DNA from: Vicugna vicugna
Taxonomy: Eukaryota
NCBI GenBank assembly: GCA_013265495.1
Contig: MU058065.1
Location: forward strand, 1,648,364 to 1,712,363
Reading direction: 5' to 3'
Length of the DNA stretch: 64,000 nucleotides
The notes under the pieces were generated by a model. The model saw only the letters and a list, made by a program, of their open reading frames with translations, did not search any database and was not told the DNA's origin. Every line of letters begins with the position of its first letter. Within the stretch, counting starts at the first letter, position 1. This document shows positions 11,601-23,600 of the stretch, piece after piece. A program made the position numbers and the translations under genes.

Positions 11601-14600
11601 TTGTGAGTGTGGCACTTTATGACCTCAGAGACAATAGGAAGATCTCTGCTGATTTCCACGTGGATCTAAACCACCCTGCTGTCAGGCAGATGCTCCCAGG
11701 GGCTTCCGTGGCTTTGGAAAATGGAAACATCGACACTGTCACTCCCAGACAATCAGAAGAACCTCCCATCAAGGGATTTCCAGAGGAATGGCTAAAATTT
11801 CCAAAGCAGGTGGCACTTTTGTTTACTCATCACGGCGGGTGGCAGTGTGGGGGTGGATGCTGGTTCCATTCTTAGCAATAAATTACCTAAGATGAGCAAT
11901 TTTTCAAATAAAAATTCCCTTAAAGCTGTACTCTAAAAAAAGTAGAATTTTGTAAATGTCTTCACTGTGGTTTCCTAGATGCTTATTAGCTGTTTTCTTT
12001 GTACATAGGCTATATTTTCTGTAAGCAATCCACATTCTGACATTGTTTTGGTGGCCAAAATCGAGAAAGTACTGATGGGAAACATTCCAAGTGGTGCTGA
12101 ACCTTATATTAAAAATCCAGACTCCAACAAGGTAATGTGTCATCTTTTGATAAATAATGTATATTTAATATTATATTTATACTATATATTGTATTGATAT
12201 ATTATACATTGTGATATATACTGTATTTATATTACATATTTATAAATAATTTCAATTGCTTTCAAGAAATAAAATCACACTGCCTTGATGAATTATCAAG
12301 TTTGATAAATAAGTTTTGAAATATTCAGTTATTAGTGAAATGAGTATCCAACAGGAGGTTTTTTTTAAGTATATATTCTTGGCTTATGTCTTTTGACTCA
12401 GCAACTCTGCTGAGAATCTATTGGTAGAAATTAATTTTAAAAGTGGATAAAGCTTTAACCCCAGCCCAAGGACCAAAGTATTAACAATAATGAAAAATCA
12501 GGATTAATCTTACTGAAAACATGGAAATACAGTTTACTAAGACATCAGCAATGCTTATGTTGAACTAAATGAAAAAGTAAAATAATTAATTGTTTACCAA
12601 ATTATAATAACAGCTAAGTGAAGAAAGAAAGAGGAAAGGAGATACCATAAGCTCTTTAAATGGTGGGACTACAGGGAAATTTTTTCTGCTTTCTTTTTTT
12701 GATTACTATATTTTCTATAATACTTGAATGTTATGATTTAATAGAAAATAAATACTAAAAAATCTATATTATCCACACAAAGAAATAAGTTGGGAAAATA
12801 ATAGATAACAATTGAATTTGAGATTGTGTGACAGTTTAGGGCAGTGTTTTAACATATTTATGACTCCTTTAATTCAGGGTTTGGCCAACTGTGGTGTGCA
12901 GGCCAAATCCAGCCTGCCACCTCTTTTTTGTAAATAAAACTTTATTGAAACACAGCCACACTCATTCATTTAAGATTGTGGCTTCCTGCTACAGGGGCAG
13001 AGTTGAGAATCTGGGACAGAGACCACGTGGCCTGTAAAAAAGCCCTGTATATTTACTGCATGACTCTTTAGGGAACAAGTTTGCCAACCTCTGTCTGTAA
13101 CAAATAAAAGGAAGTACAGGACAAACGATGAATGTGAAATTGATTAGCACTTTCCATTCAATAATTTAAAGTCTTTTAAGTCACAGAAAAAGGAAAAAAA
13201 GTTGGAGAAAAAGAGAAGGGTGTTTTCTACATTTGAAATTTCCAAACTAAATAGAAAGAAAAAAACTACACAGTCATTTGAACACAGAGGGTATCACTTG
13301 GCTCTTTACAAGGTAGAACCGTGAACCGCTAAAGCAGAATAGCGCTGAGTTTCAATGTAAGGTAACATGGAAGAGTATTTAGTAGTATTACCTGGACGGT
13401 GATGTTCTAAACAACATTTTTATTTATTTATTTTTCCTTAGTATGCACAAAAGATACTAAAATCCAACAGGCAGTTTTGCAGCAAGCTGGGAAAGTACCG
13501 GATGCCATTTGCTTGGGCAGTGAGGTAGGTTGACAGTGATACCCAGCAGAATAGAAATGTATTTATGTCTGCACTGAAAGCTTCAGGTTTGAGCACCACT
13601 GTGGTACTTGTTGTTTTTAATATACCTGCACCTAGAAGAATGCTAATGTGTTCATCTTCATAAACGCCTTGTGCTCCCCAGAAACATGTGTTTTACAAGA
13701 CACTTTAGCAAGACAACTCAGAATAGACTGGGGCCATGCCATGTGTGCCATGTGTGCCAGACCAGGTATGCAGTGGGTTCTTAGCAGGATCAAAGCAAAG
13801 TCATAACTTTTTTATTATGTATATTTAGTCTGACAAACTCTTGATCTTTTATCAGTCCTAAAGATTTGGTGTGCATAAAACTCCGATGGAAGCACTATGA
13901 TTTCTTATACAGCTGTATTTTTTCATCTGTGTAGGAAACACAGCACTATTTATGGATGTTTCAATGAAACCATCAAACTGATCACTTAAACTGTCTTTGA
14001 TTTTGGTACTGATTAGCATTACCAAATCTGTCAGTCCCAGTTGACCCTCTGATAGCAATGCTGAGTTACGTGACACTGATGGCAGAATCATCCACCTGCA
14101 CGTATAACCTCTGCATAAAAAACAAAAATTGCTTTTCAGATCTGCTAAAAAAACATCGATTACTATTGTCCTCCTCAATCTCGTTGTGCCTCTATCAGTA
14201 CAGAAATTTCTTAAAGGAAGAAGTGCCTGGCATAGACATACGGGAAAAGGTCAGCAGTATACAAAGAACTAAATAAGATTAATTAATGCCACAAAACAGA
14301 CTGCCTGTTAAGTATCCATTTGATATTGGTAACATCCCAATGCAAATGACTTTAAAATCCAGAAGGAAGGGAGAACTGATTAGTTATGCCATTTTATGTC
14401 TCACAGTAACCAGTGAGGTGCCTAACCAGAGTAAACTCACCAATATTTTTTATAACTTTGATGTTGTTATTGAAAGTTGGAGATGGGTAGGTGCAGGGAG
14501 GAGAAATGTGGAGTTTGGGGCAGTAATAAACCAAGATAGACTCATGCGGTTTCCAGCAATCAGTTTGCTCCAAGGCAGCCTTCTAAGTCAAGGAGGAAGA

Positions 14601-17600
14601 GACCAGACGCAGGGGTCTGACAAACGTGGTGCAGACCAGGGCACCATTTATAGATTGTACCTTTGGTCAAGTTTCCTTTCTGAGTCTCAGGGTCCCCATC
14701 TCCCCAGTGAAGCTGACAACATCTGCCTTGTGCACAGTAGTGCAATCACAAGTGCACAGGCATCTGAGAGCATAAAAATCATCTTATCTCCCTTTGACAT
14801 CTCTCCCTTTAGGGACAACTAAAGCTAGGATATTCTGCATGAAAAAAAGATACTGTTTAGATACACTGAACTCTTTATGATGAGCTTAGCTTTTATTCCT
14901 CGTAAGCTTCAAGAGGAAGGATGACTAGTTATAATTCGCAGGTCAAACATTTTCATGTTGATAAGTAGTCTCAGTTCCCGTAGGAAAGTCAGTTGGGGCA
15001 AGTAGAGGCAGGATGTCCTTTTGCAAAGTGAAATATTCCAATCTAGCAAGATTATAATGGTGAACACATTTTCTCTTGAAGGATCGAGAACTATTCTGAG
15101 CATCGTTATAGGCAGACATGTTAGAGCCAGAGCTAGGTTCCAAATCTCAACTCCATTTAGTTGAACTTAGGCAAGAATTTATAGTCTGTCTTTACCTCAG
15201 TTTTTTTGAATGTATGAAAGAGGAAATGGTTAATATCTAATAATTTACTATTTCAGGGGTTAACATGCACAGATATGTACCCAACAAAAGATAGTCATTA
15301 TTGAAAGTCATTATTCTAATATGATTATTGAAAGTCCCTGTGGAGATCATCTTCGCCTCAACAAGTCCCCCTTCCAGGTGAATTGGGGGCAGTGAAGAGT
15401 AATGTGGGGGAAAGAAGTAAAAAGAATTACCCGTTATTGAAAGAACCTGAAAAGTTAGGAAGACCAGTAATAATCCTACTTTGAAGCTGTCTAGTAAGAT
15501 ACACTGGAGGAAAGACAGAGGGCGTTTCTAGGGAGGCTGATGAGATTACTGACAGCTGGAGTGATTATGTCTGGGACAGGAAAGCTAACAAAGCGCTAAG
15601 TTCACACTACCTTAACACCGGATTAGTGGCTTGGTGGTAGGTTAGCAGACAGTGTACATCACCAATTCGTGTATATGAATACATGACTTACATGTACATA
15701 AACATCTCTAGCAACTGAAAAAAATGGTGAGCAGTGCAGTTCTCAGGATTTCATGTTAGACCACTTGGAATAGCTGACCACCAAAACCAAGCACAAGATC
15801 CCACGAAAGAGTTTTCATTTTCCCTTCACAATGTGGAGGAAAATAAATGCTGACCGAATCAGAGAGAGGCTTCCTGTTCCTCGTGTCATACTGACATAAG
15901 CTAGCCTCCTGCTGTATTTCAGTACCCTATTGGCACGGCTGGTTCTCTGGCTACTTTTTCTTTCTATTATATTTTCTTGATTGCAGCTTGTTTCAGGACA
16001 TAGCTTTGAGTGTTCTCTAAAACGCTTTGGCCCTGAAAATCAGCTGCCGCTTAGAAGCATAGAATTGGCAATTAGCTTATAAGCATATTTTCACCCAGAT
16101 CCAATCATCGCACCAGCTGCAAGAGGCACCCATCCTCATCACTGGGACTGTTTTATCTAGAACTAATTTGGTGCATGTTCTTATTTTTGACACCAGCTGT
16201 AGTTTTATAGCAGAAACAAAAAAAGGCAGGCTATATTTGGGGTAAATAAAGAGGACACATTCAAAGGGTCCCATAGTGTATATCGTACACTCACTGATTC
16301 AGGGGAAGGTTCACCTTTGCAAATATGTCACGTTGTTAAATGGAACTCTTTCTGCTCATATCAGCCCCAGAATTGTGTGTGCCTGCATCCAGGACAGGGC
16401 TCTTTGATTTTTTTCTCTGTCCCAGGCAACCTTCCAAATGGACCAGAGTAAAACACTGGAATTTTTTAAAAATTAAATGAGACTAACATAAAAATTTCAT
16501 TCTTATGTCTGTACATTTAGAGAAGAGACCCGCAGGCAACAACGAAACATTCCCAATAAATGGTTGTCCAACCTCTGTTTGGATCCTTCCAGGGATTTTG
16601 TCTTTTTATAGCTCTTCTTGTCTTTTTATAGCTCTAATGATGAGATAATTCTTTTTTTAAAAATATTTTTAAACTGCTTGACAGTCACTTATGTTTTGTC
16701 TTCCAAAGCCATAAAAAAAAGAATGCCCAGTTCTTTCTATATACCACAGTTCCTCATGCTGCTTATGAATGAAGCTCTCCGGGACACATCAGCTTCTTTT
16801 CTTTTAAGCTAAATGCCGCATGTTTTTCAGTCACACCCCAAATGTCCTGGTTCTGAGACCCTCATCATACCCTGATCATAGCTCAACCCTGGCAGTTGGA
16901 ACTGGGCACTGTGTCCCCGCCATCCTGAAACCATCTGTGTAAATGGGTCAGTTCTGTGCAATCCTGCCAATTAGCATATTTATCGAGCAGGGACAGAGTG
17001 TGAGCTGTGCTTCACCGTGGTGCTGTGTTCTTTATGATGTGGCCAGTGTAAGTGAGTTATTTCCAGGACAGAGCTGCTGGTAAGAACAAAAGCCAGTGAT
17101 ACAGCCCACGTCTACCAATGTATTTGAAGTGACTGGGTATTTAAGAAAAAAGAAAGAAAATACAACGCAAACTCAATTTAACCTCCTCCCATGTTGGGAA
17201 AAACATGTTGGTTTCAACCCATCACACACTTCAAACAAAAGCCCTGAATAATACTTAAATAAAAATAATCTTCAAGTTAAATATGTTCATTCTGCTTCCC
17301 CCAGTGTTATTTGATAGGGGACCTTTTTGGCCCTCAGTTATTATGTAACGGAGGAAAATGAGGAGAAAGTTTGAAGGATTCTAAAAATATCATTCTGATA
17401 AATTCCTGGCGCACTTTCTAAATTATTTGATGCTAAAGCTCTATGATCAGATATCCACTTAAATGCCCTTTTCAACCTGGGTATTGAAATCTTTGGTCCA
17501 AGTGAAGAGCAATGAGAGTGTTTCGTTAGGGTCCTTACATTAGAAGAAATAAAAATTCAGCATTTCTCTAACATTAAAGACAAATCAGTAACACGTGGGT

Positions 17601-20600
17601 CTGATTTTTCTTTGTTAGGCACAGAATATGATGAATTACGGGCCAAAAAAAGTGACATTAAGCCTGCTGTGTATACTTGGTTTTCAGCAGCAAATATGGC
17701 CTGGCATCACTATATTACTTGGATTAAAAACAGTTTGTGTATTTTAACTAAGTCTGTAGAGTTCCATTGGAATTAAGGAAGGAAGTAAATGGCTCAGGTT
17801 CATGATGTTCTCTTTATTTGATACAAAATGCTGACTCAGGTGTTCCCCATTTTATCTTTGTTTCTGCCCCAAAATTTAGGACGTGGGCACATTTATCTCC
17901 AAGAAAATGTTTCATGAGTACACCCATGTATACAACCTTATCTGCTTTCTTTTATCCATAAGTTCTAATGGCATCACCCAAACTGATGTGACCCTGGCTT
18001 GCTCAGAAAGCAATGAAAAAGTAGCAACATGTGTTCCTGTTTCTCTCCACCCGCCCTAATCCTGTGTGGCTTTGATATGTTACTGAATTATAAATCAATG
18101 TCGTTGTAATATGGGCTCCTGTCACTTTAGGTACTGAGTTGAAAATAAGAAATTAAAGATGACAATTACAACGTGTAGATGAAACTTTTGCCTAAGAAGT
18201 TTTCTTGTCTTTTTATTTTATGAGCTCCTGGAATTTCTTCCACTGTAAATGGAAAATTGAATCATTTTAAGTCATCTTTGTAAACAGTATGCAAATACCA
18301 AGCTGAATGAAGATTGTTTTCTTTCAGATCAGTATTTAAGGACAACCAGGGAAATGTGGACAGAGACTCAAGATTTTCGCCATTGTATAGGCAAGAAAGT
18401 AGCAAGATTTCAACTGAGGACCTACTTAAATTAGTGTCTGATTATAGAAGGTAGGATTTTGGGGGGGATACTCTTGAAATTAACATGAGCCGGCTACACT
18501 GCTACTGGTGATCTGTTATCACTGCGTAAGCAGTACTTGATTGCCAGATTCTCGTATGTCCAAAGTCCTCCAGAAAGCAGATGCTTTGCAGATGACTTCA
18601 CTTATTTCCAAATGACGCCAGAAGAAGAAATTTGCCAGGTTTGCATGGAAGGACGTGAAACATTAAACTATGTCAGTTACCAATAGCTATGTAACACATC
18701 ACCCCAAAACATAGCGGCTTAAAATAACAGCCTCACTAATTTTACTCTTGAGTCCATCATTGAGCATGGCTAGGTGAGGGGAGCTTGTCTCTTCTGCATA
18801 TGATGTTGGCTGGGAGAGGTCGAGTGGAACCAGAGGGTCCACTTTCAAGAGAGCGCATTTGATGACAGGCAAGTTGGTGCTGGCTGGTGGCCGGGAGCTC
18901 AGCTGGAGCTGTGGGCTAGAGATCTTGTTCTTCTCCATGGGAGCCTCTCCATGGGATACCAAGGCTTCCTCATGGCCTGATGGCTGAGTTCTAAGAGTAA
19001 GTGTCCCAAGAGACAGACAGAAAATGACCACTGCCAGTTCCTTATGACCAGAAACTGTCCCAGTGCTATTTCTGCCACAGGATACAGTCAGCTGTCACAG
19101 ATCCTAGATTCAAATGAAGGGTATAGAAACACCTCTAAATAGGAGGAGTGTTAGGGGATTTTAGAATATGTTTGAAACTCCACAGAGCAATTAATTGCTG
19201 TGAATACAATTATTTATAATATTTTCCTTCTTCAGATGGTTTTGGAAAAGACAATGGAAGTTAGTGCTAAGAGAAGAAAACCGTGAAAGTCACAACATTT
19301 TTAAAATGAATCACCATGTGTTCAACATCTGATGATGATAAAATCTTTCATGATAAGTGACTTGTAAATCATTAGCCCCTGATACACACAGGATTCCTTT
19401 GCTCCTTTCCCAAGTGTTCTCTTTCTGCCTCTCCCATCTAAGAATCAACAATCCCCCATCAATTAATTTTGTTTATCTGAAACGAAAATAATATATTACT
19501 ATGAAACAAGTGTGATTAATATTTTCTGTATCTTCAATACAAGATATATTTCTATTTAATTAGAAAGGAAGTTTTCCTAATTTTTTTTTCTGTTTTGGAA
19601 AAAATATAAACCTTAGAAAGCAAAATAAAGGTAAGAAATAAAATCTTGGAGGAAACCATGAACCACTATTACGTTTTTATGAGCCTACAAGACCACTCCT
19701 TACATGGGGAGACCCTCCTCTTGACTTTATCAGACTTCAAGATCAAAATGCCTACAGCCGCTAGATAGGAATTAAGAATGCTTTTCCTCTTTACTCTTTT
19801 TCCAGTGCACTAATGCATGGAAAAGTTGTAATGCTGAGCAGAAGGGAATGGGCAAAACGGGAGAAGACCACACTCTCACAAAACCCATGTTACTGTTTAG
19901 CAAAGAAAGTTATTCCTATAGCATTCAGAGGGCACCTAGAATACCTAATGCCATGCTGGTGAGATGTTAAATTATTTCATGGATGCCTTACACTTTATGA
20001 CATTTATTCTCAGTAGTGTGTTGGTGGATGTCTACCACTGAGTCTCTGGGGGGAAAACTGATTTGTAGTGTGATGTAAATTCTCCTACCATTGCTGATTT
20101 CAGACATGGGGCTTCACCAAACATGCAATTGGAAAGAAATGTGCACACCATTACATAACACTTCCACCACACAGACAGACACAGATAACCTCCAGAGCAT
20201 AGATAATCTCACCATGTAGTAAAATAATTACCAAGTGATGAATTTTCAGTCCTTGTTACCTTGGTGTTGAATGTAATTTGTTTAATGGTAAGTTTATATA
20301 ATTTCATTTTTAACAATGGCGGTGTTTTACAGTTGGCAGGCAAAATAACTGAATATTTAATAATCAGCTCTCACAAGCTGGGAAGAGCTGGATCTGACCC
20401 ACCACTGTAATTACTCTGCCTCCCTGAGTAGATTTCCTGACAAGGGTAACACTGGAAACTGTTACCTGCAACTTTCACCTTACTATAAAGGAAGATAGGT
20501 GGGAGGGTTTTAGTGAAGAGAGAGGGAGAGGAATTCAAGGACTCATGAATGAGAATGAATACAGTACAGGGATAGGTAGGGAAAGAGGGTCCACGTACTC

Positions 20601-23600
20601 TTACAAGGATGGGAGAAGAAGAAGAGCCAGGATCAGGGAAAGGTCCCTTGTCCCCTTCAGTTGTGGGTGACGAGGGAGAAAACAGACTGTCCCCTTAGCA
20701 GCTGCAGCAGAGACCGGCCGGGCTCTCAGAACTTCTTCAAACTCCTCCTGAAAGTGAATCCTTTCACCAGTTCAAATACCGGTACTTTTTGTTAACGAAA
20801 ACGATTTACCATTTACCAAAACTAACAATTCACCATTGTACGTATGTGTTGGGCCATTTATAGAAAAGTTATCTGAAGTCGGAGCAAATAGCTTTAAAAC
20901 ATTCTTCAGAATATCTGTAACTTGACCTCTCCCTGATTTTTAGTTCTTATTTGCAGCATCATGTAACTTTTAGTTTTCAAAATAAAACTAATTGAAGAAA
21001 TTATTCACAAGATTGTTTAGGGTCCCACTTATCAACACCGAGAATGACAGTTAACTGGGTTTTTCCTTGACAACTAAAATAATTCCTTGTGTGTGTGTGT
21101 GTGTCATGTGTGTGTGTGTCGTGTGTGTGTGTTTCTGTATTTGCACAGAGCTGACAGAATAAGCAAAACGCAGACCATTCCTGGAAGCCTGGATATCACT
21201 GTTGACAACAGTCCTTTGGAGCATCCAAGTATGACGATAATGTAGAGTTTGGAATATTTAGTGGTTTGTTGGTTGGTTGGGTGGGTAGTTGGTTTGTTAC
21301 AAAGGTTTGTTTGGGGAATTTTTTCTCAAAGTTTGGAATAAATGTAATTCATTATCCTATAGAAATTTGAGGCTTATTTCTCCATTAAGACAGACTGTAA
21401 GTACTGTAGGGCAGGAACTATATTCAGGGTAACCTAATATTCATCTGGTATACACCACGCACCCAGCAAGGTATTAAATTATTTAATCTTCAAAACCCTG
21501 GAGGGTTGCAAATCAGTTTCCAATAGATTGATAAACCAATAACCCACAATAGGTGATGCTACACTGTGCTGCCAAAGCGTTATTCTGAACACCATGTGTA
21601 GCTACCCAAGTGGCCATGCATTAATTACAGCTGGCTTGTTTTAGACTCTCTTATTACACAGGGAGCATACATCTTTTTCAGAATACAGCCAGAAGTTCTG
21701 TTTGCCAGTGAACATTTGAATTTCAGAAAGAGTCTTTATTAATTTGTAAATAAGATTTGCAGAATTTATTTCTAAAGCGGTGACATTGGTTTATTTGTTT
21801 ATTTTTTTTCTTCTAATTATGCCTTTTAATGACTTTCGCAGTGATGCAATGAATGAATAAGGGCATTCTAAAAAGAACTACAAATGGGGAGAGAATTATT
21901 ACCACAGGACATTTGAATTGCCCTTAGCACTGTTAAGTTTTTCGTTCTTACAGTTTTTCCACAAATCATTTTAATATGAAGTAAAATGAGCATCCTGATG
22001 TAAGCCATGGCTCGAAGTCACTTTTATATTGATTGATGTGACAAAGCAGAGGGCAAACTAAGCCATTTCCTCTTCCTGATTTGTGGGGTGTGGCTTTTAT
22101 TACCTATGGTAAAGAAAAGTAGCAAAAGAGAAAGCCAAAATATTCTCTTTGAAAGGACTGTAGGATATCAGAGAAATCTGAACATATAATAAATATGTTA
22201 TAATTTGGGGGGAAAAAAAACCCCTGTAATCTGATTCTCAAGCATATTTAGTTAACGATTTTGCTTTTTGGAACCCAGGGAGATTTCAGGTGGGATAAAA
22301 GAAGGTAGAAGGATTTGCTGTCTTTCAGGACCACAACTTCAGCCTCCAAACTACTTAGTGACAAGTTTTGATTTATAAATTCCTAATGGCCTTTTTTTTC
22401 CCCCCTTAGGCTGTTTTTACAAGTTTAGGTTTTAAAAGGTTGTAAAAACTGAAGAGAAAAATAAAATTGTTAACTAATAGAGCAGGGGAATTAGGACCTA
22501 TGTTGTGAAATCATTCCACAGGGAAAAATACTGTAAACCCATTGGGAGAGGGTTTTGTGCTGTCAGATATCAATGTTTATGGTGTTAAAGTTAAGGTCAG
22601 TGGGTTAGTTTTTAACCTGATAATACCTGGTTAGTGTGCTTAGAGGATTTCTATCTAAAATTTACTATTTATATGAAACTTAATATAAAAAGAAGATAGT
22701 TAAAAGTCCGAAAGATTTAGTTTTTTGAGACATCGATTTTGATACTAACTCTTGTCACTGATTATCTATCCTGCCTACCTCCTACAAATTTTTCAGTCCA
22801 GCTTAATCTATCATAAATTGGTATAACAATTATGGAGTTTATATTTTGAGTGGAACAATTTTAAAAAATGTTAAGTATTGTTCACTTACAAACAAGCCTA
22901 TTCAATGACAAACTCTTATTTTCTGATTTTTAAAGACTGTGTAACATCGTCCTTTATTCCCGTCAAGCCTTTCAATGTGACGGCTCAACCAGAACCCACG
23001 GTGGAGGTGGAAGAATTCGTTTACGACTCGACAAAGCATTGCCGCCCTTACAGAGTATACAAAAATCAAATTTACATTTACCCCAAGCACCTCAAGTATG
23101 ACAGCCAGAAGTGTTTCAACAAGGTGTGATACGTTTCTGAGATACCCTTTCTCCCCCACCCCTCACCCCCAAGTTAGACCATATGAAGATGGTTTCTTGA
23201 AGGTCAAATACAAATTACTAAAGGCCAACACTTTGGAATAGAAAACCATCTGAAGAAAATGTTGAATAAGAGGCAGTAATGAGTTTCACCCCAAAAGTGT
23301 TTAAGGATGTATGTTTTGTGACCTATGAGTAATCCTTTCTGAAATCAGCCCTAAATAATTCTATTCTAGACTTTATTTTTTTGTTTATTAAGAGACTCTG
23401 AAAATCGCTTACCTGCCCCCTTCCAATCTGAGGCTTTTCTTCCCTTTTAAATAATCTCTCCAATCCTTCTGCTTTTTCTGAGCACTATGGGTAATGTCAC
23501 AAGATAGTGTTGGCTAGTCTACATTTTTCAGATTTAATTTAAAGCTACTTATTTTAGGCACCTGAAATTTTTTTTTAAGTGTTACCTAACAGGAAATTAC

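Noticed and set aside
14286..14822. 178-aa intronic ORF on + strand
   Set aside because: No recognisable domain, no supporting splice or promoter context; this length is expected by chance in 64 kb.
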